Source: Myxococcota bacterium (GTDB lineage Bacteria > Myxococcota_A > UBA9160 > UBA4427). From it: a stretch of 64,000 bases of DNA. The notes beneath the pieces are model-generated. The model was given only the letters and a program-made list of their open reading frames with translations. It did not search any database and had not been told where the DNA came from. A program made the position numbers and the translations under genes. Positions 1 through 9,738 of the stretch are shown piece by piece. How positions within the stretch are numbered: the first letter of the stretch is position 1; every line of letters begins with the position of its first letter. The DNA lies in NCBI GenBank assembly GCA_965250285.1, contig OZ252299.1, positions 256,001 to 320,000 on the forward strand, written 5' to 3'.

Positions 1-141
1 GAGACCAAGGCGTTCGGCCTCTACCAGGATCGCTACCTCAGGGTCGACGCGGGTTGGCGGTTCGCCGAGCGCCGCTTTCAGCCCACCGTCTGGAGCGGTC
101 GCGATCTCTCGACCCTGCCCTTGCCCGACCTCGACTTTTGA
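1..141 (+). CDS. C-terminal fragment of a SnoaL/NTF2-like family protein (5' truncated by window edge)
   Basis: Frame 1 reads ETKAFGLYQDRYLRVDAGWRFAERRF...*; G-x-Y-x-D...GWRF-x-x-R is the typical SnoaL_4 C-terminus. Confidence 0.7.
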   Translation, partial: ETKAFGLYQDRYLRVDAGWRFAERRFQPTVWSGRDLSTLPLPDLDF

Positions 142-153
142 GCGGAGCGGCGC

Positions 154-939
154 TCAGAGCTCGTTGAAGCCGTCGAGGTAGTGACCGGCGTGGGCGCCGC
201 AGTCGACGGGCAGGTCGACGCCCGTGCAGTGGTCACTCGCTTCCGACGCGAGGAAGAGAATGGCGCGCGCGATCGACTCGAGCGGCACCTCGCTCGGAAT
301 CGCCCTGTCCTCGACGTAGGCCTTCGTGCGGTCGATCAAGCCGACCAACTTGTCCATCCACGGACCGTACATCTGCGGGTTGCCGCCCGCCGGGCAGACG
401 CAGTTCACGCGAATGCCGTCGCGCCCGAGCTCGAGGGCGGCGCTCTTCGTGAGCCCGCGCAGTCCCCACTTGCTCGCGGCGTAGGCGGCGACACCGTTCA
501 TCCCGAGCAGGCCGTCGACGGAGCTGACGTTGACGATGGCGCCCGACCTCTGGGCCTTCATCGTCGGCACCACCGCGCGAATGCCCAGGTAGGGGCCGAT
601 GAGGTTCACGTCGACGACCCCTCGCACGTCGTCGACGTCGGCGTGCTCGATCGCGCCCATCGAGAGCCGCGCGGCGTTGTTCACGAGCACGTCGATCCGG
701 CCATGCTCTTCGACGACCACGTCGACCAGACGGCTCCAGTCGCCCTCACGCGTGACGTCGAGCGCGGCGAAAGACGCGCTTGCGCCGAGGCGCGCTGCGA
801 CGGCGCGCCCGTCTTCCTCGTTCACGTCCGCGACGATCACGTGGGCGCCCTGGTCGACCATCTGCTCCGCGACCACGGCACCGAGGCCACGGGCGGCGCC
901 GGTGACGATGGCGACGCGCGGCGCGGGCGCGGGGCTCAT
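154..939 (-). CDS. SDR oxidoreductase (3-alpha/20-beta-hydroxysteroid dehydrogenase-like)
   Basis: TGAARGLG, NNA, YAASKWGLRGLTK motifs; ATG at 939 overlaps the upstream gene's stop. Confidence 0.9.
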   Translation of the reverse strand: MSPAPAPRVAIVTGAARGLGAVVAEQMVDQGAHVIVADVNEEDGRAVAARLGASASFAALDVTREGDWSRLVDVVVEEHGRIDVLVNNAARLSMGAIEHADVDDVRGVVDVNLIGPYLGIRAVVPTMKAQRSGAIVNVSSVDGLLGMNGVAAYAASKWGLRGLTKSAALELGRDGIRVNCVCPAGGNPQMYGPWMDKLVGLIDRTKAYVEDRAIPSEVPLESIARAILFLASEASDHCTGVDLPVDCGAHAGHYLDGFNEL

Positions 940-2003
940 ACGACGTTCTTCGAAGGTGTGTAGGGCAGGTCGAAGGTGTCGATGAGGCCGGGGGCGTGGG
1001 CGCGCACGGCCGGGATCGCGTTGATCACGCGCATCGCAGTGGCCTGGACGCCGCCCGTGTTGTGATCGCCATCCTCGCCGGTGACGAAGCAGTCGAGCTG
1101 GACCGAGGGCGAACCCGTCACGACGCACCGGTGGACGCCAGGGTGACCGACCGGCGGGGCCGGCCAGTGCGGCGCGGCCTCGTCCCGCAGTCGATTCACG
1201 TGCTCGGTCACGATGACCGGGCGACCGTCGACGCAGCCCTCGAGCTCGAAGCGCACGGCTTCGCAGGTCCCCTCTTCGACGCGCATCATCGGCGTCTCGT
1301 AGGTCGTCTCGGCATAGCTGCGCTCGAATCGCTCGACGATCTCGTCGAGCTCGATCCCGAGCTCACGCGCGAGGATCGATACCATGCCGCCCCAGCCGGC
1401 GCGCAGGATGCCCGGCAGCGCGAGCGGCGGCGTGTAGCTCTCGGGGCGTCCGAAGCCGAAGCTGACGCCCGTGAACTCGGGATCTTCATAGGTCGAATAG
1501 TCGACCAGCTCCTGCACCCGCACCTCTTCGACGCGATCCGCGAGCTGCAAGGCGGTGATCGGCAGCACGTCCCCCGAGAAGCCTGGATCGATGCCATTCA
1601 CGTACATGGTGGCGCCGCCCTGCTGACAGGCCTTCTCGAGCGGCTCGCGCATCGACGCGTCGGCGTGGGCGGGATGAATCAGAAAGATCATCGCGGTCGA
1701 CACGACGTCGATGCCCGCTGCGAGAATGCGCTCGAGCTCGGGGATCACCTCGTGCGCACGGGTCTCACCCTTGATGGTGTAGACGACAACGTCGGGTTCG
1801 AGCGCGAGCAAGGCATCGACGTCGTTGGTCGCGAGGATCCCGGTCGGGTCATCGAGGTCGCACAGCGTGGCGGCGTCGACGCCTTGTTTCGCCTCCGAAT
1901 GGGCGTGCACACCGACGAGCTCGAGGTCGGGGTGACGGATGACGTGCTTGAGACTGTGGACGCCGACGTTGCCCGTCCCCCACTGCACGACGCGATGAGG
2001 CAT
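936..2003 (-). CDS. NAD(P)H-dependent amine dehydrogenase family / dihydrodipicolinate reductase-like protein
   Basis: MPHRVVQWGTGNVG Rossmann start, GIDPGF motif, TAMRVINAIPAV C-terminus; SD GGAG upstream. Confidence 0.8.
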   Translation of the reverse strand: MPHRVVQWGTGNVGVHSLKHVIRHPDLELVGVHAHSEAKQGVDAATLCDLDDPTGILATNDVDALLALEPDVVVYTIKGETRAHEVIPELERILAAGIDVVSTAMIFLIHPAHADASMREPLEKACQQGGATMYVNGIDPGFSGDVLPITALQLADRVEEVRVQELVDYSTYEDPEFTGVSFGFGRPESYTPPLALPGILRAGWGGMVSILARELGIELDEIVERFERSYAETTYETPMMRVEEGTCEAVRFELEGCVDGRPVIVTEHVNRLRDEAAPHWPAPPVGHPGVHRCVVTGSPSVQLDCFVTGEDGDHNTGGVQATAMRVINAIPAVRAHAPGLIDTFDLPYTPSKNVV

Positions 2004-2138
2004 GCCGAATCTCCTTCGCTGACCTACCGATGAACGCGCAAGGATCGCACGCTTCGCGCGCAGATCGCCATGGCCTCGGTATGCTCTGAAGCCGCGAGCA
2101 TCTCGTTTGTCCAGATTGAGCGAACCAAGGAGTCGAGC

Positions 2139-3206
2139 ATGACGTATCGGGTGATCCAGTGGGCGACGGGGGGCGTCGGCCGCGCCGCCATCGAGGCGAT
2201 CGCTTCGCATCCCGAGCTCGAGCTCGTCGGGTGTTGGGTGCACGGGGAAGCGAAGGAGGGGCGAGACGCGGGCGAGCTGGCCGGGGTCGGGCCCCTCGGC
2301 GTGGCCGCGACGCGCGACGTCGATGCGCTGCTCGCGATGGAAGCTGACTGCGTCATGTATTCACCGGTCGTCGCCGACCGAAAGCTCGTCGTGCGCATGC
2401 TCGAGGCGGGCAAGAACGTGGTCACGCCGCTCGGCTGGTTCTACCCGGGTGACCGGGACGTAGCCGACCTCGAGGCGGCCTGTCGCGCGGGTGGCGTGAC
2501 GCTGCATGGCACGGGGATCCACCCGGGCGGCATTACCGAGCGGCTCCCCCTCGTCATCTCTGCGTTCTCGCGTGCCATCACCCATGTCCGAGCCGAAGAG
2601 TTCTCGGACATCCGGACCTACGGTGCGCCCTTCGTCGTCGGCGAGATCATGCGCTTCGGCAAGACCCCCGAAGAGGCGGCGGCGAGCCCGATGCTCGACG
2701 TGCTCGGGGGTGGGTTCTTCGAATCGATCGACATGGTTGCGACCGCGCTCGGGTTCGATCTCGATGAAGAGCGGCGCACGCGACACGACGTGGCCGTCGC
2801 GACGCGAACGATCGATTCGCCCATCGGTCCGATCGAGCCCGGTCTCGTTGCGGCCCAGAAGTTCACGTGGCAGGCCACCGTTCGAGGCGAGCCCGTCATC
2901 ACGGTCATCACCAACTGGTTCATGGGCGAAGAACACCTCGATCCGGCGTGGTCGTTCGGCGCGGAAGGCGAGCGCTTCGAGGTCGAAGTGACCGGCGATC
3001 CGAGCTCGAAGGTGGTCTTCCACGGCTGGCACCCCGAATCGGTCGCCGCCGGGCTCGAGCGCAACCCGGGCATCGTCGCGACGGCGGTGCACGGCGTGAG
3101 CGCGATCCCGACCGTTTGCGCCGCGGAGCCCGGTCTCCGCACGTACCTCGATCTGGGGATGGTCGCGGGGCGCGCCGCGCCCGAGCTGTCTCGCCAAGGG
3201 GGCTGA
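2139..3206 (+). CDS. NAD(P)H-dependent amine dehydrogenase family / dihydrodipicolinate reductase-like protein
   Basis: MTYRVIQWATGGVG, GTGIHPGG, ATAVHGVSAIP; SD AAGGAG upstream. Confidence 0.8.
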   Translation: MTYRVIQWATGGVGRAAIEAIASHPELELVGCWVHGEAKEGRDAGELAGVGPLGVAATRDVDALLAMEADCVMYSPVVADRKLVVRMLEAGKNVVTPLGWFYPGDRDVADLEAACRAGGVTLHGTGIHPGGITERLPLVISAFSRAITHVRAEEFSDIRTYGAPFVVGEIMRFGKTPEEAAASPMLDVLGGGFFESIDMVATALGFDLDEERRTRHDVAVATRTIDSPIGPIEPGLVAAQKFTWQATVRGEPVITVITNWFMGEEHLDPAWSFGAEGERFEVEVTGDPSSKVVFHGWHPESVAAGLERNPGIVATAVHGVSAIPTVCAAEPGLRTYLDLGMVAGRAAPELSRQGG

Positions 3207-3423
3207 GCCCCCTCGCGGCCTCGCCGCATTCCCCGCTGCGCTGCGACGCGAGGATTCCGCTCGGCTCGGACTCGTTCGTCCTTCGAGCCGGCACCGCGTG
3301 TGGCGCCTGGCTGCCGCTGCCCTCGGCTCGGTCACGTCAGGTCGCCCGTCGGATCGACCGATATCGGGGAGTCGCCCGTGCGCAGCCGGCTGCCCGTCGG
3401 CGAGGGCGTGACGGAGATCGCCC

Positions 3424-4368
3424 ATGTCGTCTCACTCACTCGCTCCCCGCGCGTGCAGCCGCGTCCGCTCGCAGAGCGCGGCACTGGCGCCGGCGGCGCT
3501 CTTCTCCACGCTGACGCTGCTCTTCACCGCGCCGGCGCTCGCCATCGAAGTCATGCGCGTCGAGGTGCAGTTTCTCGATGTGGCGCGGGGCGATGCCTCG
3601 CAGCATGCGATGCTGACCATCGCGCCGCGGCTCCTGCGCGTCGACCAGTACACGAACCTCGAGCATCGAGCCGCCCACACCCTGATCTACCGGGGTGATC
3701 GCGACGTGATCTACAGCATCGACCCCGAAGATCGGCACTACATCGAAGTCGATCGCAGTCTCATCGCCGACTTCGGCATCGAGCTGCAAGCGGCCCGTCG
3801 CGAGATGGAGACGGTCATGCGGCGGCTGCCCGACGATCAGCGCAAGACTGGCGAGCGCATCACCGGGCTCGACGTCCAGGAGGACGACGGCAAAGTGAAA
3901 GCCGCGCTCTGGGTGCGCGATGAAGGCAGCACGGCCAAGCGAATCGGGCGCTCGTGTCGCAAGGTCACGCTCTGGCGGGCCGAGGCGCACGTCGCTTCGG
4001 GGTGCGTCGTGACGTGGAAGTCGATGGGGATCGGCCCGCGTGATCTCGACGTGTTTCGTCAGCTGGCCAACTTTCAGCGCGAGATCATGGGCGCGGGTGG
4101 GCTCACCCCGCTCGAGGTCGTGCCCGATCAGCCGCTGGACATCCTGGTTCAGCTCGACGGGTTTCCGCTCGAGCTGTCTCGTCGCAAGGGCGGCAAGCTC
4201 GTGAGCGCGATTCGCGTGCTGCGGGCCGCGAAGATGCAGGTCTCTGACGCGACGTTCGAAGTGCCGCGTGAGTACGCGATTCGGCCCGGCTTCGAGTTTC
4301 TGATGGGCGACTTGGCCGAGCTGCCCGAGGAGCAGCCGGGCCCGGCCAAGCCGGCGCCGAAACGCTGA
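3424..4368 (+). CDS. Exported hypothetical protein (DUF4412-like)
   Basis: Signal-peptide-like N-terminus; ends with DGFPL...FEVP-x-x-Y, as in DUF4412-type proteins. Confidence 0.5.
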   Translation: MSSHSLAPRACSRVRSQSAALAPAALFSTLTLLFTAPALAIEVMRVEVQFLDVARGDASQHAMLTIAPRLLRVDQYTNLEHRAAHTLIYRGDRDVIYSIDPEDRHYIEVDRSLIADFGIELQAARREMETVMRRLPDDQRKTGERITGLDVQEDDGKVKAALWVRDEGSTAKRIGRSCRKVTLWRAEAHVASGCVVTWKSMGIGPRDLDVFRQLANFQREIMGAGGLTPLEVVPDQPLDILVQLDGFPLELSRRKGGKLVSAIRVLRAAKMQVSDATFEVPREYAIRPGFEFLMGDLAELPEEQPGPAKPAPKR

Positions 4369-4421
4369 ATCGCCAGGCCCTTCGGCCTGAGATCTGGGCG
4401 CAATCCGAGCCGGGCGCGGGT

Positions 4422-4491
4422 GCATCAAGCACTGCGCACCGAGCACCAAGCACTGAACACCGATCGCTGAACACGGATCGCCGAGCGACGA
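4422..4491. repeat. Degenerate heptamer tandem repeat (~10 units)
   Basis: gcatcaa gcactgc gcaccga gcaccaa gcactga acaccga tcgctga acacgga tcgccga gcgacga, in an intergenic region. Confidence 0.65.
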
Positions 4492-4640
4492 CCGACCGCA
4501 CCCGCGGCCGTCGGTGACCCTGCGCCCGCGCCCCCTTCGTTGCGATGCGGAGGCGCCCGCGCCGGTGCTGCAGGCGGGTCGGGGGTGCAGCATCATCCCG
4601 GGCCACGGTTCTGCCACGCTTGGTTCAGCTGGGAGCAGCG

Positions 4641-6209
4641 TTGCCCGCAAGAGACGACCCCGAGTCGGTTCCGCTCCGCGGCCGTCGTCCGGATCTCGCC
4701 GACTGGCTCGATCTCGTCGTGCTGCTGCGGCACGACGAGGGGCTGCCCGGCAGCGAGCTGCGACGCCGCGACCGATCGGTCGGCGAGCGCGTGGTGCCGA
4801 CCGGTGCCCCGCCCGAGCGCTGGCTGACCGCCTGGGTCGAGGCGCGGCGCGCGCAGACCTCCGGCCCGGCGGAAGCCCAAGACCCCGCCCTGCCAGGTCA
4901 GCGCACCGCGGATGCGCTGCGCTGGATCTCCGCGGCGCTCGTGCTCGCCGGTCTCTTCTTCGGTGCCACCGCCGCCTGGGGCGCGCTCTCCTTTCAACCG
5001 CAGGGTCGGATCAACGTCGTTGCGGTGCTCGCGCTGCTCGTGTTGTTGCCCACGCTGCTGCTCGTCTTCGCGCTCTTGAACGCGTTGCCCGCGCGCTTGC
5101 GGCGCGCGCTCCCTTTGATCGGAGCCGAGCGCGAGGGTGGGGGGCTGCTGCAACCGGCGCGCTGGGCGCTGCGTGCGCTGCCGCAGTCGGCGCGCGAGAG
5201 CCTCGATGCCGTCTTTGCCCGCGGCGTGTCGGTCGAACGGCTCGCGGCGCCGATCCAGCGCTGGCTGCTGCTCTCGGCGAGTCAGGGCGCGGCGGTCGCG
5301 TTTCAGGTCGGTGCGCTGTCGGCGGCCATCGCGCTCGTCGTGTTCAGCGATCTGTCGTTCGGGTGGAGCACGACACTGCGCGTCGAGCCCGCGACGGCGC
5401 ATGGCATTGCGTCCGCGCTCGCGACACCCTGGGCAGCCCTCTGGCCCGACGCCGTCCCGTCCCTCGCGCTCGTCGAGCAGACGCGTTTCTTTCGGATCGC
5501 GTCGAAGCCGTCGCCCGCCCTCGACCCCGAACTCTTCGGCCAGTGGTGGCGCTTCGTCGTTGCGGCGCTGGTCGTCTACGGGTTGATTCCGCGCGTCGTC
5601 TTCTTCGCCGTGGCGAGCGTGCGCCTGCGCGCGAGCCTGACGCGCGCCACGATCGACGCGCCCGGCGCACGCGGTTTGCTCGAGCGCATGCGGGATCCCC
5701 TGGTCGAGCTCGGGCACGTGGGCCGCGACGAAGCGATCGCGGGCGTCGGTCTCGGGGCGGACGAGACCATCCCGCTCGACTCGTCCCCCTGGCCCGACGC
5801 CCCCGTCGTGGTGAGCTGGTCGGAAGCGATCGAGTCGAGCCCCGGACTCGCCGCCCAGCTGAACGTTGCGAACGAAGGCATCCTCGCGGCGGGCGGGCGA
5901 CTCGCCGCGGCGGCCGATCTCGAAGCGGCGGCCCGCGCGGCCGAACGCGCGCGAGCGGACGACCGGGACGTGGCCGTCGTCGTACGCGGCTTCGAGCCTC
6001 CGGTGCTCGAGGTCGTCGACTTCCTCGTCGAGCTGCGACGGCGGCTCGGCGATGGGCGCACGATCGTGGTGGGCTTGACCCAGGCCGACGACGATCATGC
6101 GCGCGTGTGGCGACGACGCATCGACTCGATCGGTGACCCATGGACGCGCTGTACGCGCGCGCTGCCGTCGTTGGGTGGCGCCCGTTCGGAGGGCGACGGC
6201 GATGTCTGA
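4641..6209 (+). CDS. DUF2868 domain-containing membrane protein
   Basis: Several TM helices; FSDLSFGWSTTL and WWRF..ALVVYGLIPR motifs; probable TTG start after GGGAG; overlaps the GTPase start. Confidence 0.75.
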   Translation: MPARDDPESVPLRGRRPDLADWLDLVVLLRHDEGLPGSELRRRDRSVGERVVPTGAPPERWLTAWVEARRAQTSGPAEAQDPALPGQRTADALRWISAALVLAGLFFGATAAWGALSFQPQGRINVVAVLALLVLLPTLLLVFALLNALPARLRRALPLIGAEREGGGLLQPARWALRALPQSARESLDAVFARGVSVERLAAPIQRWLLLSASQGAAVAFQVGALSAAIALVVFSDLSFGWSTTLRVEPATAHGIASALATPWAALWPDAVPSLALVEQTRFFRIASKPSPALDPELFGQWWRFVVAALVVYGLIPRVVFFAVASVRLRASLTRATIDAPGARGLLERMRDPLVELGHVGRDEAIAGVGLGADETIPLDSSPWPDAPVVVSWSEAIESSPGLAAQLNVANEGILAAGGRLAAAADLEAAARAAERARADDRDVAVVVRGFEPPVLEVVDFLVELRRRLGDGRTIVVGLTQADDDHARVWRRRIDSIGDPWTRCTRALPSLGGARSEGDGDV

Positions 6210-7644
6210 CACCGGATCGAGCGTGCCCGTCTTCGCCGTCGTCGGTCACCCGAACAAGGGCAAGTCGAGCCTGGTCGCGACGCTGGCCCAGGATGACCGA
6301 GTGGCCATCGGGGCCGATCCGGGGACGACCACACGCGCCGCGCGGTACCCCATGCGCGTCGACGGCGAAACCCTCTACGAGCTGGTCGACACGCCGGGGT
6401 TCCAACGGGCTCGCGCCGTGCTCGGCTGGCTGCAGGCCGAGGGCGAGCGCAGCCAGGCCTCCGCCGCTGATCGCCCCGCGCTCGTCGAGCGATTCGTGCG
6501 GGCCCCCGAGCACGCCGCCCGCTACCCCGACGAGATCGAGCTGCTCACGCCCATCGTCGAAGGGGCGGGCATCCTCTACGTCGTCGATGGTTCGGTCCCG
6601 TACGGCGCCGAGTACGAGGCCGAGATGGAGGTGCTGCGCTGGACGGGGCGGCCGAGCTTCGCGGTGATCAACCCGATCGGATCGGCCGATCACGTCGACG
6701 CGTGGCGTTCGGCGCTCGGTCAGTACTTTCGCGCCGTGCGCGTCTTCGACGCGCTCGATGCCGACTTCGACAAGCGACTCGATCTGCTGCGCGGCTTCGC
6801 CGAGCTCGAGGAGTCGTTCCGGGCGCCCCTGCAGCGGGCCGTCGATGTGCTCGGCGCCGACCGCGATGCGCGTCGCCGCCGGGCAGCGACCGAGATTGCC
6901 TCGTGGCTCGTCGAGGCGACGAGCTTCACGATCGAGCAGCGGATCGGACGGGACGAACGCGCCGAAGATCATCGCGCCGCCCTCGAAGAGCGTTTCCGTA
7001 CGCAGCTGCGTCGGCTCGAGCGTCGTGCCCGCAGCGCGGTCGAAGCGATCTACGACTTTCACGATCTCGACCGCGTCGAGGGAGAAGACGCCGAGCTCGA
7101 AGCCGACCGCGCGCTGCTCGAAGAAGACCTCTTCGATCGCGACACCTGGCTCGTCTTCGGCCTGCGCAGTCGCGACCTCGTGACGGCAGGTGCCGCGGCC
7201 GGCGCGGCAGCGGGTGGCACCGTCGACGCCGCCGTTGGCGGCGTGAGCCTGCTCGCGGGCCTGGCGATCGGGAGCGTCGTCGGCGGCGCCCTCGGCTGGC
7301 TGGGGGGCAATCGGCTCGGGAAGCTCGAGGTGATGAACCGCCCGCTCGGCGGGGCGGTCGTGCGATACGGCCCCGCGCGCAGCGTAAACTTCGTCGCCGT
7401 GCTGCTCGGGCGCGCCTGTTTGCATCAGGCGCTGATCGCCCGACGCGCGCACGCCCGCCGCGATGCGCTCGCTCTGGCCGCGGCGGTCAAGAGCGACGAA
7501 GGCGTGGCTTCGGGCGCCGAGCTCGTCGCGGCGTCGAAGAAGATCGACCCGCAGCGCGTGCGCAGCGTCGTCGATGCTCTGAAGCGCCGGGACGGGCCCG
7601 ATGCCGCCGCGGTAGCCGAGGCGATCGCGCCGCTGCTCGGCTGA
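6202..7644 (+). CDS. GTPase / DUF3482 domain-containing protein
   Basis: G1 GHPNKGKS, G2 PGTT, G3 DTPG; C-terminal Gly/Ala-rich hydrophobic hairpin. Confidence 0.8.
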   Translation: MSDTGSSVPVFAVVGHPNKGKSSLVATLAQDDRVAIGADPGTTTRAARYPMRVDGETLYELVDTPGFQRARAVLGWLQAEGERSQASAADRPALVERFVRAPEHAARYPDEIELLTPIVEGAGILYVVDGSVPYGAEYEAEMEVLRWTGRPSFAVINPIGSADHVDAWRSALGQYFRAVRVFDALDADFDKRLDLLRGFAELEESFRAPLQRAVDVLGADRDARRRRAATEIASWLVEATSFTIEQRIGRDERAEDHRAALEERFRTQLRRLERRARSAVEAIYDFHDLDRVEGEDAELEADRALLEEDLFDRDTWLVFGLRSRDLVTAGAAAGAAAGGTVDAAVGGVSLLAGLAIGSVVGGALGWLGGNRLGKLEVMNRPLGGAVVRYGPARSVNFVAVLLGRACLHQALIARRAHARRDALALAAAVKSDEGVASGAELVAASKKIDPQRVRSVVDALKRRDGPDAAAVAEAIAPLLG

Positions 7645-7677
7645 TCGGCAGCCGGACCGGCCGAGATCGAGGGGGCG

Positions 7678-8631
7678 CTACTGGCCGAGCAGTGGCGCCA
7701 TGACCTCTTCGGCAAATTGCTCGACCAGGTCGTGGTCGCGTCCCTGGATCACGATGTAGTTGATGCCCGTCTTCTCGCGCCGCGATTCGAGGCGGTCACG
7801 AATCTCGGCGGCCGACCCGGTCAAGAAGAGCGGACAGTCGGCGACCTCGTCGACGCTCATCCCCGAGCTCTGCGACAACGCGCCGCGGATCCCCGATGGA
7901 TCTTCGGTCAGCGCGACGACGAAGACGAGCGAGTTGAACTCGAGCGCGGCGGCGTCGCGCCCGGCCCGATCGGCCGCGGTCCGCACCCACTCGATCTTCT
8001 GGAGCGTTCGGTCGGGACTCAGATCGGCCGCGGTCTCGTTCGTGATGCGGCCGTCGACCATCGTCGGGTTGATGCCGACGATGTCCGCGTGGCGCCCGGC
8101 GAGGCTCAGCACGCGCTCGCCCCCACCGCCGACCAACACCTTCGGTGCGCTGCCCGGCGGCAGCGGGGCGGCCTGGGCGATGTCGGTGATCGTGTAGTGG
8201 CGCCCTTCGAAGTGGGTCTTCTCCTGGGTCCACATCGATCGGCAGATCTGCAGCGCCTCGTCGAGTCGCTCGATCCGCAGGCCGATGCGGTCGTACGGCA
8301 TGCCGGCCTCGACGTAGTCGGTCTCCATCCAACCTGCGCCGAGGCCGAACTCGTGGCGCCCGCCCGAGAGCAGCTGAATCGTGGCGGCCTGCTTCGCGAA
8401 GACGACCGGGTGTCGGTAGTCGACGTCGTACACGAGGCTTCCGACGGCCAGCTCTTCGGTCACCGCAGCGACGCCGGCCATGAGCGCCGTGGGATCCCAC
8501 TGCGGGCCGAAGTGATCGGGCACGAACACGGTCGAGAACCCGAGGGCCTCGATCCGACGGACGCGTTCGCGCCAGCCGTCCGCGGGAAGCTCGGAGACCT
8601 GGAGGCCGAAACGGAAGGGATGTGTGGGCAT
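7678..8631 (-). CDS. LLM class F420-dependent oxidoreductase
   Basis: PFRFG start, PDHFG, YRHPVVFAK, SGGRHEFGLGAGW, VGGGGERVL. Confidence 0.85.
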   Translation of the reverse strand: MPTHPFRFGLQVSELPADGWRERVRRIEALGFSTVFVPDHFGPQWDPTALMAGVAAVTEELAVGSLVYDVDYRHPVVFAKQAATIQLLSGGRHEFGLGAGWMETDYVEAGMPYDRIGLRIERLDEALQICRSMWTQEKTHFEGRHYTITDIAQAAPLPPGSAPKVLVGGGGERVLSLAGRHADIVGINPTMVDGRITNETAADLSPDRTLQKIEWVRTAADRAGRDAAALEFNSLVFVVALTEDPSGIRGALSQSSGMSVDEVADCPLFLTGSAAEIRDRLESRREKTGINYIVIQGRDHDLVEQFAEEVMAPLLGQ

Positions 8632-8802
8632 GGGGCGATCTCCGGTGAGGGCGAGTGTGACCGGTGCCGGGCTGGCCGGCGCGTTCAGCGTATCGGATCG
8701 GCGGCCGGTCCCGCGACGCGCCCCCGGCGCACGCCGTCTCGCCTAGACTCCGCGCCTCGCGGCTGCCCCGAGGCTCGACAGGCGAGCGCTCGGCCCGGGC
8801 CC

Positions 8803-9726
8803 ATGCGTGTGGAGACGAGCATCGTGACGAGTGCCTACCAGAGTGTGCTTCGGGCGGGTGTCTTCGAAGGACAGACGGTCCTCGTAACCGGCGGCGGGAC
8901 GGGCATCGGGCGATGCACGGCGCACGAGCTGGCGAGCCTCGGTGCGCGGGTCGTCATCGCCGGCCGCCGCGAAGACGTGCTGTCGGCCACCGCCGACGAG
9001 ATCATCGCCGACGGGGGTGAGTGCGAGTTCGAGGCGATGGATCTGCGCGACGGTGACTCGGTGCGTGCGGCGGTGGGACGCATCGTCGAGCGCTGCGGGC
9101 CGATCCACGGCCTGTTCAACAACGCCGGCGGCCAGTTCTCGGCACCGGCCGCGAAGCTCAGCGAGAACGCCTGGCAGAAGGTCGTCGACCTGAACCTGCA
9201 CGGCACCTTTCGGGTGACGCGCGCCGTATTCGACGCTTCGATGAAGGAGCACGGCGGGGCGGTGGTCAGCATGCTCGCCGACATTCGCAGCGGCTACGTG
9301 GGGATGGCGCACAGCTCGGCCGCGCGAGCCGGCATCCAGAACCTGACGATCACACTGGCCCTCGAGTGGGCGCGCAACGACGTGCGCCTGAACTGCGTCG
9401 CACCGGGTACGATCCTCGCGGCGGGCATGCGCACGTATCCGCCTGCCGTGCAGGAGGCATCGGTGCGCGGTGCCAGCCGCATTCCCGCTGCCCGACTCGG
9501 GACCGAGAGCGAAGTGTCGGCGGTCGTGTGCTTCCTGCTCTCGCCCGGTGCCGCTTTCGTGACGGGGCAGGCCATCGCGATCGACGGCGGGTCTTCGTTC
9601 CAGAAGAGCGTGCTCTACGACATCGCCAAGCACGCGCCGACGACGCAGTTCGACGGCTTTCATCGACGTGAAGACTGGTCGGGCACGCCCTATGCCGACC
9701 TGGCTCGGCCGAAGAGCGGCGAGTGA
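8803..9726 (+). CDS. SDR oxidoreductase (trans-2-enoyl-CoA reductase / citronellol dehydrogenase-like)
   Basis: TGGGTGIG, NNAGGQF, HSSAARAG; start may instead be GTG at 8824. Confidence 0.85.
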   Translation: MRVETSIVTSAYQSVLRAGVFEGQTVLVTGGGTGIGRCTAHELASLGARVVIAGRREDVLSATADEIIADGGECEFEAMDLRDGDSVRAAVGRIVERCGPIHGLFNNAGGQFSAPAAKLSENAWQKVVDLNLHGTFRVTRAVFDASMKEHGGAVVSMLADIRSGYVGMAHSSAARAGIQNLTITLALEWARNDVRLNCVAPGTILAAGMRTYPPAVQEASVRGASRIPAARLGTESEVSAVVCFLLSPGAAFVTGQAIAIDGGSSFQKSVLYDIAKHAPTTQFDGFHRREDWSGTPYADLARPKSGE

Positions 9727-9738
9727 GGCTGCGCAGGC

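Noticed and set aside
936..3206. Annotating the pair as dapB
   Set aside because: Too long and lacking the DapB E-x-HH-x-x-K-x-DAPSGTA motif
4422..4491. Possible CRISPR array
   Set aside because: Units are 7 nt and degenerate with no spacers; no cas genes in the window
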